Below are positions 27,391 to 42,219 of a stretch of DNA of 64,000 nucleotides, piece by piece. Numbering within the stretch: position 1 is the stretch's first letter; every line of letters begins with the position of its first letter. The stretch is taken from positions 92,194,001 through 92,258,000 of the forward strand of contig OZ024747.1 in assembly GCA_964016885.1 (NCBI GenBank), read 5' to 3'. Source of the stretch: Eledone cirrhosa (Eukaryota). The notes under the pieces were generated by a model. It had not been told where the DNA came from, searched no databases, and saw only the letters and a list, made by a program, of their open reading frames with translations. Made by a program: the position numbers and the translations under genes.

Positions 27391-27843
27391 ATTGTGTCAT
27401 ACTGTTTCGGCTTGCGAATTGTATTAAGGGTTCTCGTGTCTGTAGAATACTCAACCACTTGCATGTTAATTTAAGAGTTGTACGCGGTGGATTGGCAATA
27501 TCGGTAGAGAGTCGGAAACCATGCTTTCCAGCATAGTTACGTCCCTTTACGATCTGAGTTCAAATCCCGCCGAGGTTGACTTTGCCTTTCATCCTTACGG
27601 GGTCGATAAAATAAAGTACCAGTAATGCACTGGGTAATTGCTGGCCTTGTGCCTAAAGTAGAAACAGTTATTTTAAGAGTTGTACGTTTATTTAACAGAA
27701 CAAGTGGAAGCTCATCGTAAAAACAGACGGAGAATGCTTCATCATCATCATCATCCGTCATAGATATTTATTTAATTCTTGTATGTCTTTATTTATGCAT
27801 GTTTATGTGTATGTATGTTTATGTACACTAGTGTTTACGTATA

Positions 27844-28202
27844 CAGTTCTGCCCCGGTATTCGCGCGGGTTACGTTTCTAGAGCACACGCGAAAAGTTAA
27901 TACACCGCGAATAATGGACGCGGTCCATAAAGATGCCTGTAAAAGTCAAAACATAACGTAAAATATAATTTTTAAAAAGGGAGCATCTTATGCGAAGAGG
28001 CGTCCAATAGATTGGTAAATACGGTATATTCTCATTAATAATTTAGCGTTAAAAATATATATATTGCCACGAAAAAAGCCATTAAAAAATCGCGGAAGAT
28101 ATTTACGATTCCGCGAATATGTGGTGGTTTCCACGAACAATTATCAGTTACGTTCTCATGAAAATTCCGCGAACAACCAATACCGCGAAAGTCGGTACAC
28201 TG
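27844..28202. mobile_element. Tigger/pogo-like MITE
   Basis: TA-CAGT...TTCGCG and CGCGAA...ACTG-TA ends, with internal CCGCGAA repeats. Confidence 0.55.
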
Positions 28203-29989
28203 TATTTATATTTACGTTTCCTCCATATCCATCTATATATGCATATATTTTTTATTTCACTTTATTTATATATGTATCATTTGATATTTAATTTACTATG
28301 GTATCATCTCTGCTCTCATCACCACCACCCCTTAGGCCCCAGAGTCTCCCTGGACCTTCTCAACGCCCCCCGGGAGTCAGTAGCACCCACTTTGAGAACT
28401 TCTGCTCTAGCTGATGTTACAGCTACATAAACAAAAGTTTAACAGAAAAAATTGTCGATCGACTTTCGTCAAATTGGACCGAGGAAACAATGTTTCCGTT
28501 TGTCTTTCCAATTGCTAATGCTATCTATCGGTCGCAACTCCAGGTAGGATAAGCAACGTGAAATAAAGTGTGTTGCTCAAGGACATAACGCATCGCCCGG
28601 TCCAGGAATCGGACTGACAGCCTCACGATTGCGAATCCAGTTCTCTAACCAATCAGCCACACGCCTTCACTAAGTTTAAAAGAAATCCATTTTAATATTC
28701 CAATATTCCACGAAGATTCAGTCCCTAGCCGACGTTAAACATTACTTCATTGCACAATCTAATTCTTCACTCTTCCTCTTAAACGAGAGTTGGCTGAAAA
28801 GTTCATTGGTTCACCAAGATACTCTCGTGGAATGACCATTTGAGGTAATTTTCAACAGAGTCCCTGGAAAAAAACAGTGTAGTTATAAATGAGAAGAGTT
28901 AACATTAATGCATGCCAGATTTCACAGCCCTAACATCACTCCTTCATAGTTATCCTATAACTTTTTCAACCGACCCTTGTATGATTGCTCATTTCCAAAG
29001 TGCCTGCATGTCCAGTCATCTAGACTCTTAACCTTTATTGCATATACTTTACAACCCTTCCTCCAGAAAACAACATATTTAGAGAATTCTCCATATCTAA
29101 ATTGTCGTTCATGCGTTCAAACTGAATACCAATCATATCCCTCCACCCACCTGACAATAGCTACAAATGTATGCCATCCATACCTCTTACTTTGATTAAT
29201 TTATATAAATAACTAGTGATATGATAAAATGATTAAATAATTCACGAATGTTCCTTCCATTAGAAAACATTATTTTATGAGACAAAATTCCAACAACAGT
29301 ACTATTAATGGTCCATATTATGTAATATATGCTTATTTAATTAAGTTGTATAATACCATATTCTTTGAAATATTCACAGTGGTTTAATGTTGTTAATGTT
29401 TGGGTGATCATAAGTATAGACCATACATTTGACAACGATTTGATGTTATGTGTTTCTGAGATCTTATCCTAACATGGGTAATTTAAAATCTGGCTTCACT
29501 AACGTCGTATTAAATACCAATTCTGGAATATCTATTAACTGTAAACTAATAATGATTTCTAGTATAGGCACAAGGCCAGTAATTGGGGGGGGGATTAAAT
29601 CGACACGCCAGTACGTTACTGGTGCTTTATTTTATCGACCCCGTAAGGATGAAAGGTAAAGTTAACCTCGGCGGGATTTGAACTCAGACCGTGAAGCGGC
29701 GTAACTATGCTGCAAAGCATGGCATCCAACCCTCTACCTATACTGCCAATCCATCGCCCTGTAAACTAATAATATAAATTATTGGGGAACAGTGGCATGA
29801 AGAATCCTTAAATATATTATTTGAAATATCTGGTTTGAAGAGGTTTATTTTGGAAGAGGTTTATAGAGATTCAGAAGAAGAAATAGAAATATATAATATT
29901 CTTAACTTTCTCTAGAAGTATATTAATGGTAAAAAAAAAAAAAAATTAGAATTTGATTTTTCGCTCTCACATAGCGGATACGTAAACAT

Positions 29990-30548
29990 TATTCCTGAGT
30001 TTTATATCGAATAATAATGTTCGATTCCTTTATAAGCAAACAACCTCATTATGATCGCTTTTTCTGGGGTTTTTTTGCGGAGGGGGGTCGTAATGAGGCT
30101 GTTTGCTTGCAAACGAATCGAATATTATCCTTATTAGATATAAAACTGCGGTAGAGGGTCGGACGCCATGCCTTGCCGCGTAAAGTTACAGCCCTTTATG
30201 ATCTGAGTTCAAATCCTACCGAGGTTAACTTTGCCTTTCATCATTACGAGGTCGATAAAATAAAGTACCAGTAATGCACTGGGATAATTGCTGGCCTTGT
30301 GCCTTGTGCCAAAAGTAGAAAGAATTATTAGATATTAGCTGAGCTACCCGGTGATTCCTGTGTATTTTATTAACGTTTCAATACTTTTATTGAAATCCAA
30401 TTTGCCAGTCATGTTTCTGAATATTAGCTTAACATGTGTGTAAAGTTTCATCCTCATCGGATCGCTGGTGTAGGCGCCAACTGGTTATACACAGATAGAC
30501 AGACAAACAGAAATTGACATTTATATTGTAGATAAAACTCACGAATAC
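29990..30548. mobile_element. Hairpin MITE interrupted by a SINE and a Helentron/Lep1-like insert (~30337-30532)
   Basis: Inverted repeat 30020-30055 / 30087-30122 with the outer arm resuming at ~30533. The insert has CCCGG, AAGTTTCAT..ATCGG, ACAG repeats and a TTTATA..TAGAT end. Confidence 0.45.
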
Positions 30549-31540
30549 ATATATTAATTGTCTTTGAGAATTTAAAAAAAAATGTATTAAATAACCAAAT
30601 GTATTATGAGTAGTTTATCGATATACTAAGTTACTTATTATTTCTTTCGAAAATTGATTACCGGTGAAATTACTTGAACTGTATATTGAAATCGCATTGC
30701 GATTTTTAATTTCTGTATGCTTACCTCTTACTTAAAAGCTATTGCGTTGTCAGTAGCGCATTAAGATTTAGTTATTTGTCTCAAAGAAAAGAATCAGAAC
30801 ATCAGAATGTTTGTTCTTACTTCAAACGGCTGGTGCTTCTTTTTTTCCTAAGAAATATTTTCCCAAGATTCTAATTATACTTGAAACTTGTTAATCCGCT
30901 GTCTAATACAACACTTAGAAAACCTTTTCTTTTATAAATAAGAAATCACATTGGGAAATCAAATTATCTTGTTACCATAGTTCGTTTTTTGTTTTTGTTT
31001 TTTTCTAATTAAATCTATTTTTCTATTGTTTGCTTATTTTTCAAAGTTTAAAAAATGATATTAACCTCTGAAGAATAAAATTTATTTATACTGTTCTTTC
31101 AGGATTTCTTCCGTACGCAAAGCAATGAAACACAGAATTACTTTTTTCTTCTTTTTTATTATGGTTGTTGGTATTAAATTGAAAGCTAAATGTTTTTAGT
31201 AGAAGTGAGTATTTCTTTCAATCAGATTTTTGTACTTCCAGAATGATTATATAAGATTAAAGACCAATTTTTCATCTTACTATTGTTCGTTGTTTTTCTG
31301 TTGTTTGTTCTGTATGATGTATTTGTAATTTTTCTACTAAAAATTGAAACTTCTTAATTACTCAAAATGTCATCTAAACTGAAAAATAAAAGTTAGCAGG
31401 TGATTTTTAACGAAACGAATTTTACTTTCCCAAAGAATATAAATTAATGTATATTTGAATAGATAAACATACACAATTCATAGACGTGCAAACTTTTTGT
31501 GACCTGTTGACGAAGAAAAATTATTGATGTCACTGGCAAG

Positions 31541-31930
31541 GGGCGGTGGATTGGCAGTATCGGTAGAGGGTCGGACGCCATGCTTTGAAGCATAGAGTTG
31601 CGACCCTTTATGATCTGAGTTCAAATCCCGCCGAGCTTAACTTTGCCTTTCATACTTACGGGCGTCGATAAAATAAAGTACCAGTAATACACTGAGAAAA
31701 TTGCTGGCCTTGTGCCAAAAAGTAGAAACAATTATTATTAGGGCGGTGGATTGGCAGTATCAGTAGAGGGTCGGACGCCATGCTTTGCAGCAAAGATTAA
31801 CGGCCCTTTATGGTCTGGGTTCAAATCCCGCCGAGGTTAACTTTGCCTTTCATCCTTACAGGGTCGATAAAAGGAAGTACCAGTAATACACTGGAATAAT
31901 TGCTGGCCTTGTGCCAAAAGCAGAAACAAT
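31541..31930 (+). mobile_element. Tandem SINE dimer
   Basis: Two full copies starting GGGCGGTGGATTGG at 31541 and 31741. Confidence 0.88.
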
Positions 31931-32229
31931 TATTATTGTTATTAAATTGAACCAGTTAATTATATTAGCATATAAAGGTACACTTGCATAAAATGGGCAG
32001 TCATTAAAGAATTTATATTCAAAACAAATATTATCACTAAATTTGGTGAATTTCCCGTGAAAATAAATAGTTAATGGTGGAGGCAATACCAACAGCGTAG
32101 CACTATGCTACAATAAACATACATGTAGCACAGACGATTAAAAAAACAACAACAGTTAAAATTCTCAAAACAGCAATCAGATAAAAGACAATCCCCAATT
32201 ACTGCGCTCTTGTCCTAAGTACTACAGAG

Positions 32230-32590
32230 AACAAGTAGAGCTCGATGAATCCTTTTAAGCAAAAATACACAGATTGGGTAGAAGACTAAAGTGCTTTATC
32301 TGCTGATAAATCGATCGCTGAGAAAGGCCAACTCAATATTCGGATATTAACAAAGCGACTTCTGAGCAACCAGCATATGTCGGTGCAAGTGGCTTGCAAA
32401 GTATACAGAAAAATAGTATTCTCTACCCTACTTTCGTATTGGGTGCAAACAGGCAAAAGTCAAGAACATTTTCATCGTAAAGAAAATCATGTTTTTACTA
32501 TGGAAGAAATATAGGTGAACTAAAAACTCTGCTGGCTTACACATGCCCAACGAATGGAGAAAACATGTTTGCCAAGAAGCATGCACAACA
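32230..32590 (+). mobile_element. Degenerate RTE-type LINE fragment
   Basis: KVYRKIVFSTLL and LCWLTHAQRMEKTCLPR (compare LRWLGHV.RM...RLP). Confidence 0.45.
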
Positions 32591-32769
32591 CACAACCAAT
32601 TATCTGCGAAACGCATGTAACAGGTCAATACTGAAGAAAAACATAAAAACATGTAAACAAAACTTCATCGTTTTTTGTTGTTGTTTTACTTATTATATAC
32701 ACTCTGCCTGTGCATCGAGTGCTTATGATGGTACCACCACCAATAATTCATTGACATTCTTATACTATA

Positions 32770-32860
<91 letters not shown>

Positions 32861-33132
32861 TTATTTAAAGACATTTTTTCGAATTCTAACCCACCCGTTC
32901 CCTCAATCTATCGCATTTCTCATTCTTTCTTCTGATTAAGGACTAGCGTCCGAAACGTTAAGACCCTCTTCCTGCTATATCAAGAGTTAACCTAATATAT
33001 CCCTTCCATATACTGTACCGATAGTGTTGTTATTTCTGTTTACCTTTTACATAATACATATATATATATGTGTGTGTGTCTGTATGTGTGTATGTTCACA
33101 TATATATGTATATATATATACATATATATATG

Positions 33133-33190
<58 letters not shown>

Positions 33191-33216
33191 TATATAGATA
33201 TAAATACATATACATG

Positions 33217-33250
<34 letters not shown>

Positions 33251-33261
33251 AATACATAAAC

Positions 33262-33324
<63 letters not shown>

Positions 33325-33410
33325 CAATATACAAAATGCATACACACGCACACACATACATATACATTCATGTCTGTCTGTCCCCTCAATCTTTCTAATT
33401 TCTCATTCCT

Positions 33411-33446
33411 TCTTCTGATGAAGGACTACCATCCGAAACGTTAAGA
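33411..33446 (+). ncRNA. Minimal hammerhead in a short microsatellite-flanked repeat (33370-33525)
   Basis: TCTT, CTGATGA, GGA/TCC, GAAA, palindromic AACGTT, AAGA. Degenerate relatives at 32928-32963 (CTGATTA), 63511-63547 (CTGATAA) and ~16225 (-). Confidence 0.7.
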
Positions 33447-33523
33447 CCCTCTTCCTGCTGCGTTAAACTAGTATATTCCTTCCATATACCGTACCGTTTG
33501 TGTTGTTATTTCTGTTTACCTTT

Positions 33524-33583
<60 letters not shown>

Positions 33584-34988
33584 AACACACACATATGCAT
33601 CTGTGTATGCGTATGTGTTTGTGTGTGTGTGTGTGTGTACTTACCTATGTTCCAGTACACATTTTCACGTTCCCTCTTTTATTCATATACCGTACGTTTA
33701 CGGTTCAACAAAAAGAAATCAATAAAATAAGTACACGCCTTGAAACATTAAGTCTAAAAGCTGATATAATCAACTAAATGTGTTCGAGATGGTGACCCGG
33801 CGTGAGTACACTTTAATGACTGAAACAAATAATAGAATAAAGTAATAAGTGGTTAAGAAATTATCTGAGGGGTAATCTCTTTCCAATATTTGTCAGTGAG
33901 AGAATCCTGACTGCTGAGGCAGTAATTTTATATGACAACAAATAAAACCGACTTTACACTACACATATAAATGCAAAGGGAAAGATAAAAATAAGGTGGG
34001 TGGGATTGTGAAGTGTGACAATCGGCCGCACTTCACAACATAGAGGTTAACGTGGGCAAGATTTCTGTGTTGACTGATAAAATGACAAGTCAGTCAATTA
34101 TATTGATGGCCTCCCCACAGCCTCGTTGAACAGAATGGAGAAGGCGTTTCCCGGGAGGACGGCAAGGGAGATTCGCTGGAAGAGCCATTCCAACCCGCGA
34201 GGCTCACACCTACGGCTGGCCAGCTCAGTGCCTATGGTGGTAAGTAGGGAGCATGTATTATGTTGCCCTTTATTGATTCCTGTGTGTTAGACAGTACACA
34301 GCATTTTGTTGTCAAAGGGTTTATTTTAATTGTTCTGTATTAACTTAAGAATGTAATTCTGTTTCTGTTTTACCAGCCATATTTTATGCCAATGAATTTT
34401 TAAATTTTATTATTGAAAAATATATTCTGTTTCAAAACTATATTAAATATTAATTTTCCATTTGGCTTACCACTTTTAAGTAAATATATTGTTTTGGTGT
34501 GTCCATATTAAAGATTCCACTTTTTCATCTCAACTTGGTTGCTAAGATACTTAGTTTGTCGCCATTTATTGGCAATGGACACAGCCGACTGCCGCCACTG
34601 TCGCTTGCCAGTTATTTGATAGTCACTAATTAGTGATCCATAGACTTGTGTTTATTCAATATGCTATGTATGCTACTAATTACACTTCTAGCTTTGTTGC
34701 TAATTACAGATTATTAGTGAAAAACTTACTTCCAGACATTTTGTTATTTTTATATGTATTTTCTTTTAAATTGTTTTGACTGCAAAAAGTATAAACTAAT
34801 TCAATTAGCACATATTTTGTTTCTTTCGTATTTTCTCCCATATTCAATTTTGCTACTTTCTCTCCTTAATTCTGTCTTTTCTATCCTGTTTTCACTATCT
34901 GACGTCTTTCTCACTTTTCTTGATACTAATTTCCTCTAGTTTTCACTTTTCAAAACATTTTTAAAACATTTATTTTCTATTTATCAAC

Positions 34989-35122
<134 letters not shown>

Positions 35123-35853
35123 TTATTTCATCTAAGCTTTCTTCATTCAAATAAATATAACTTTGAAGTAAAACATAAACATTGTATATTTTACATTATT
35201 TGATGTCCCAAGATTCTGAGTTCAAAGTAAATGTAGTCTTTGAATAGCATCCGAATTAGCCAGGAAATATTTCTTCGATATCAGCAATATTTCAGAGATG
35301 GTGTGGTTAGAGTTTATATTTCATAAAAATTGAGGTGATAGATTACATCAATATATTTACTATGCCTAATTTCCACTCTGTTTGTTTCTCTCACAAAAAT
35401 ATACGCATGTACACATACATCTATATGACACAACATTGTAACAAGGTCACAAATATTTGAGGGATAAAAATTCAAATCCCTATAAAATATTTTACAGGGT
35501 GGTATTGCAAGCTCGAGACAAACTCTATAGGCAGCAGATGTGTGCAGTGAACAATAACCGTTCAGCGTGCATCCGTTCAATGTCTGAACATTGGCAACTA
35601 CTGATGCGTGCAAGAACGATTTATCACAGGCGCATCTATCCAGTTTTCTTTTTCTCTCAAAGGGTAATTTACTGATTCTCTCAAATACTATTTAGAATTA
35701 TCGATTATTGCTATGGTCATTTGCATTGAGACAGTTGCCTTTAAATTTATATATGTGGTGTATTTGTATGCACAAGTCTTAGAGTGCTTTACATCTGTTT
35801 ACCATCACAGTCGGTAGATTATTTGAGCAACTAACGTTTCTTTACTTGAATAA

Positions 35854-35987
<134 letters not shown>

Positions 35988-36979
35988 GGTGTATGTGTGT
36001 GTGTATAAATTAAGGCGCGTGGTTTAGTAGTTAGAGTGTTCGGCTCACTATAATAATTGTTTCTACTTTTGGCACAAGGCCAGAAATTATTCCAGTGCAT
36101 TACTGGTACTTTATTTTATCGAGCCCGGCTCACAATAATAATGTGAGTTCGAATTACGGGGGAACGTTCTGATTTTGAGCAAGGCACGTTATTTCACTTT
36201 CCCTAGGCTGTCAAATAAAAATTGTACCTATATTTCCACGGGCAGCTGCATCACGTCACACACACTTTCACGCTGAATCTTCCTGAGAATTATCTTATGG
36301 GTACACGTGTTTGTGAAATGTTCCGCTACATCCAAGTTAATATCAAGAGGCAGACCGTACGATTGACTGTATCAATTAGAATATTCCCTGTCGGAACCGA
36401 CGGAGACCCCACACAAAGATATACGCTTTCACTGACTTTAATCTTCATTGCGTCCGATGAGCAAATCGAAAACACAGCCGGGCTGCATGTTATAGAACTA
36501 TTGTGTAACTGTTTATGGCTGGGTTTTTGCAAAAACTATCTGGAATTGAAACTCCCTTCTCTCTTTATTGATATAGTATAGTTAATATGAAGCATTGTGA
36601 TATGTGTAATGATTGGTTAGTAGGGACTTCAGAAAGCTGACACAGTGTGGCAAAGATGATAAATAAAACAAAACAATGTTTTTACTCAGTTTATTTCAAC
36701 ATAATATTTATGGTAATATATATATATATGACGATAGCTAATAAGCTTGAAACTAGTACATCGTTCCTGTGTCAGTGTTGAACAAAAGGTGACGTGGTTG
36801 CCTAAACACTGTACAGCATAATTCGGGCTGTTTATTTGTTTACATTATAATAAATGTTTACATTATAATAAATGTTCGGTAAACCGATACGTGCATATAT
36901 ATATATGTGTGTGCATGTATGTATATATATACATACTACTGTACGTCTGTATACATATGTGTATGTACGTATACATACT

Positions 36980-37066
<87 letters not shown>

Positions 37067-37483
37067 TTGAGGTTGGTAATGGCACATGGAATATATAAGA
37101 GACAGAATACTTTTTTGTGAAAAAACATAATTTTATAAGGTAAGGAAATAATAAAGGGTATAAAAAATGACCGGTTTCGATGGGTCTGCAAAAGCCATCT
37201 TTTCAAATGTTGATTAATATTAAGAAAAATTAATAATACGAAGAGTTAAAATTTGAGACTTGAAAATTCAAGTATAAAATTCATTGTGGGATTTCATAGC
37301 AGTTTTCATCTAGGTAGCAACAACAGGTTGACTGCTGTGTCCCTTTCTGGTAGTGAATGAGAAGTTATTTGGGGTGTGGGTTATTTTATAAAGGTCAGAT
37401 TTAGCAATAGCCAGCTGCTGGTCAGTGAGGGGGTGGAAGCAATATACACACACATACCTTCATCCACACATACATACACATAC

Positions 37484-37522
<39 letters not shown>

Positions 37523-37591
37523 CACACATACATACACACACACATACATATACATACACACATACACACACACACACATATATATACACAT

Positions 37592-37650
<59 letters not shown>

Positions 37651-37679
37651 TATATATACATACACATACATCCAGATAC

Positions 37680-37782
<103 letters not shown>

Positions 37783-37953
37783 CACACATACATACACACA
37801 CACATATATATATATACATACACACATACAAACATACACACACACACACACACACATATATATACACACATACACACACATATATATACACACACACACA
37901 CACACACATGCATATATATATATATATACACATACGCATACATCCAGATACCC

Positions 37954-37992
<39 letters not shown>

Positions 37993-38343
37993 CACGCACA
38001 CACAATACATACATCCACATGCACACACATACTCACACACACACACACACACATACATACACCCACACACAGAGAAATGGCCTTCAAATATATATATATA
38101 TATATACATACAGACACATATATTTTTTCCATAATATAAGAAGTTGGGGCAGTGAAATTAAAATAATTCTGTGTGCGCATATATATATAGACATACGTGT
38201 GTGCACGTGCAGGGTTTAACATGGATGTGTTGGTCACACAAAGGCATGGTCTGTCAATGAATAAACCTGATTCTACAGAATTGGTCTCTGGTCTTTAATA
38301 GTAGTGATTCCGTGCGTATGTGTGTTTATATTTTATGACAATT

Positions 38344-39740
38344 CTATTGGGGTGATAACCCGTTTAGTTTTGGTTTAAATTTGTTAAGGAATAGATTTTC
38401 TTTGTTTATTCTTTGTTGTTGTGTGAACGAATCTGAGCACTTGTAGAAGGGGAAGATTTTAAAGTTGGGTAGTGTCATTCCTGCGCAGTTCGCAATATGG
38501 CTGCTCAAGGGGATTTTTCTTGTGTTAGCGTCCCGGATTTGTTGGCGGTGGATGGTCATTCTTTTGCGTAATGAGGTGCCCGTCTGTCCTATGTAGTTGT
38601 GTTTGCACCCACCGCAAGTTATTGCGTAAATCAAGTTCTCCGAGTTGCAGGTGAAATTGTTTTTTACTGTAAATGTTTGGCCATCTTTGAATGTAAATGT
38701 TTGTCCTTCAGTGAGGTAGAGGCACGTTCCACAGTTTGTTCTACCACATTTGGTAACTGTAGGGTTGAGGATTGGTTTGGGTATATTTGGTCCAGTGAGA
38801 ATGCGTTTAAGTGATTTGGGTTGTCTTTTACTTTTAAGGATCTTGTGTGTTTCAAGAATAGACTTCATTTTTACATCTTTAAGTAGGATGGGGAGGTTTT
38901 TGTGTAGGTGATCAAACATTTCGGTATTTCTGGGGTTGAAAGTGGATACATATGGCAGGGTGTTGAGTGTGGTTTTCTGTTTTGGATTGTTAAGTTGATG
39001 GGGATTTAGGTGTTTTGCCCTGTCTATTCCATTGTTGATTATTTCAAGTGGAAAGGCTCTTAAGATAAGGGTGTCTTTTAGTTCCTTTAGTCTTTGCTCC
39101 CGTTTAGGTGGATCTGATACTATGGTACATATACGTTTGGCCAAATTGTAAGGAATGTTAAGTTTTGTATGTTTTGGGTGACTTGATGTGAAAAAGAGGT
39201 ATTGCTTGGAATCTGTGGGTTTATAGAATATATCTGTATCTAATTTCCCGTCTATTACAGAGATGAGAATATCCAAGAAGGCTAATTCCTTAGGATTGGA
39301 TTCCATTGTGAATTGTATGTTATTATCTATGTTGTTTATCATGTTTTTAAACGTAGTAAGTGAGTTCATGTCTTCTTGCCATAGGATAAAGCAGTCGTCT
39401 AGATATCTTTTCCAATTGGCTTTGAGGTGTGTGTGGAAAGAGTCTCCAAATAAGAGAAGGGACTGACTGTATATTTGTTGTTCATGGAATCCCATGACTA
39501 GGTTGGCATATGTGGGTGCTACTTTCGTGCCCATTGCCGTACCTGATACTTGTCTGTATGTTGAACCATTGAATGTGAAGTAGTTATTTTGTAGGATAAA
39601 GCGGAGTCCGTCAGTGATAAAATCTGTGTTGATGCGTGTCGGTATTTCTGATGGGTGTGTGTTAAGCCAGTATTGGACTGCTGTTATTCCATAGTTGTGA
39701 GGTATGTTTGTGTAGAGGTTTATTACGTCAAAGGAGACAA
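38344..39740 (-). CDS. Inverted duplicate of the same PLE RT/GIY-YIG ORF (from LVSFDV onward)
   Basis: The 396 aa ORF 38344..39534 is identical to the C-terminal part of the + strand ORF. The nucleotide mirror extends to ~39740 (partner position 39971). Confidence 0.9.
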
Positions 39741-39749
39741 AGGAGACAA

Positions 39750-41367
39750 CGATGCATGTGACACCTCAACCAACAATTACATTGAACTAACACCACCAGA
39801 AGACCTAAAACTCAGGCCAATTATAGCAGGCCCTACATGTGAAACCCACAGACTTAGCAACTTTCTGGACATCCTACTGAAACCCTTTCTACAACATATA
39901 CAGAGCTACATACGAGATGACCTTGACATGCTGAAACACCTCCCTAAAACAGTAAGTGCAAATACAATTCTTGTCTCCTTTGACGTAATAAACCTCTACA
40001 CAAACATACCTCACAACTATGGAATAACAGCAGTCCAATACTGGCTTAACACACACCCATCAGAAATACCGACACGCATCAACACAGATTTTATCACTGA
40101 CGGACTCCGCTTTATCCTACAAAATAACTACTTCACATTCAATGGTTCAACATACAGACAAGTATCAGGTACGGCAATGGGCACGAAAGTAGCACCCACA
40201 TATGCCAACCTAGTCATGGGATTCCATGAACAACAAATATACAGTCAGTCCCTTCTCTTATTTGGAGACTCTTTCCACACACACCTCAAAGCCAATTGGA
40301 AAAGATATCTAGACGACTGCTTTATCCTATGGCAAGAAGACATGAACTCACTTACTACGTTTAAAAACATGATAAACAACATAGATAATAACATACAATT
40401 CACAATGGAATCCAATCCTAAGGAATTAGCCTTCTTGGATATTCTCATCTCTGTAATAGACGGGAAATTAGATACAGATATATTCTATAAACCCACAGAT
40501 TCCAAGCAATACCTCTTTTTCACATCAAGTCACCCAAAACATACAAAACTTAACATTCCTTACAATTTGGCCAAACGTATATGTACCATAGTATCAGATC
40601 CACCTAAACGGGAGCAAAGACTAAAGGAACTAAAAGACACCCTTATCTTAAGAGCCTTTCCACTTGAAATAATCAACAATGGAATAGACAGGGCAAAACA
40701 CCTAAATCCCCATCAACTTAACAATCCAAAACAGAAAACCACACTCAACACCCTGCCATATGTATCCACTTTCAACCCCAGAAATACCGAAATGTTTGAT
40801 CACCTACACAAAAACCTCCCCATCCTACTTAAAGATGTAAAAATGAAGTCTATTCTTGAAACACACAAGATCCTTAAAAGTAAAAGACAACCCAAATCAC
40901 TTAAACGCATTCTCACTGGACCAAATATACCCAAACCAATCCTCAACCCTACAGTTACCAAATGTGGTAGAACAAACTGTGGAACGTGCCTCTACCTCAC
41001 TGAAGGACAAACATTTACATTCAAAGATGGCCAAACATTTACAGTAAAAAACAATTTCACCTGCAACTCGGAGAACTTGATTTACGCAATAACTTGCGGT
41101 GGGTGCAAACACAACTACATAGGACAGACGGGCACCTCATTACGCAAAAGAATGACCATCCACCGCCAACAAATCCGGGACGCTAACACAAGAAAAATCC
41201 CCTTGAGCAGCCATATTGCGAACTGCGCAGGAATGACACTACCCAACTTTAAAATCTTCCCCTTCTACAAGTGCTCAGATTCGTTCACACAACAACAAAG
41301 AATAAACAAAGAAAATCTATTCCTTAACAAATTTAAACCAAAACTAAACGGGTTATCACCCCAATAG
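39750..41367 (+). CDS. Penelope-like element (Neptune-type) reverse transcriptase + GIY-YIG endonuclease, 5'-truncated
   Basis: RT motifs LRPIIAG, LVSFDVINLY, GTAMGTKVAPTYANL, WKRYLDD. Cys linker CGRTNCGTC (Neptune trait). GIY-YIG region NLIYAITC..C...YIGQTG...R...H...E...LN. The first ~30 aa of the 570 aa ORF call (39655-39749) are read-through from the inverted arm. Confidence 0.93.
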
Positions 41368-41842
41368 AATTGTCATAAAATATAAACACACATACGCACG
41401 GAATCACTACTATTAAAGACCAGAGACCAATTCTGTAGAATCAGGTTTATTCATTGACAGACCATGCCTTTGTGTGACCAACACATCCATGTTAAACCCT
41501 GCACGTGCACACACGTATGTCTATATATATATGCGCACACAGAATTATTTTAATTTCACTGCCCCAACTTCTTATATTATGGAAAAAATATATGTGTCTG
41601 TATGTATATATATATATATATATTTGAAGGCCATTTCTCTGTGTGTGGGTGTATGTATGTGTGTGTGTGTGTGTGTGAGTATGTGTGTGCATGTGGATGT
41701 ATGTATTGTGTGTGCGTGTGTGTGCGTGTGTGTGTGTGTGTGTGTATGTATGTGGGTATCTGGATGTATGCGTATGTGTATATATATATATATATGCATG
41801 TGTGTGTGTGTGTGTGTGTATATATATGTGTGTGTATGTGTG

Positions 41843-41873
<31 letters not shown>

Positions 41874-41930
41874 ATGTTTGTATGTGTGTATGTATATATA
41901 TATATGTGTGTGTGTATGTATGTGTGGGGT

Positions 41931-41971
<41 letters not shown>

Positions 41972-41976
41972 GTGTG

Positions 41977-42009
<33 letters not shown>

Positions 42010-42048
42010 ATGTATGTGTGTATCTGGATGTATGTGTATGTATATATA

Positions 42049-42109
<61 letters not shown>

Positions 42110-42178
42110 ATGTGTATATATATGTGTGTGTGTGTGTATGTGTGTATGTATATGTATGTGTGTGTGTATGTATGTGTG

Positions 42179-42219
<41 letters not shown>

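Noticed and set aside
34120-34270. GC-rich patch, possibly an exon or LTR/DIRS fragment
   Set aside because: No recognisable motif, terminal repeat or convincing frame.
39655-39749. N-terminus of the 570 aa ORF as a real start
   Set aside because: It is the antisense of the inverted arm. The element is 5'-truncated.
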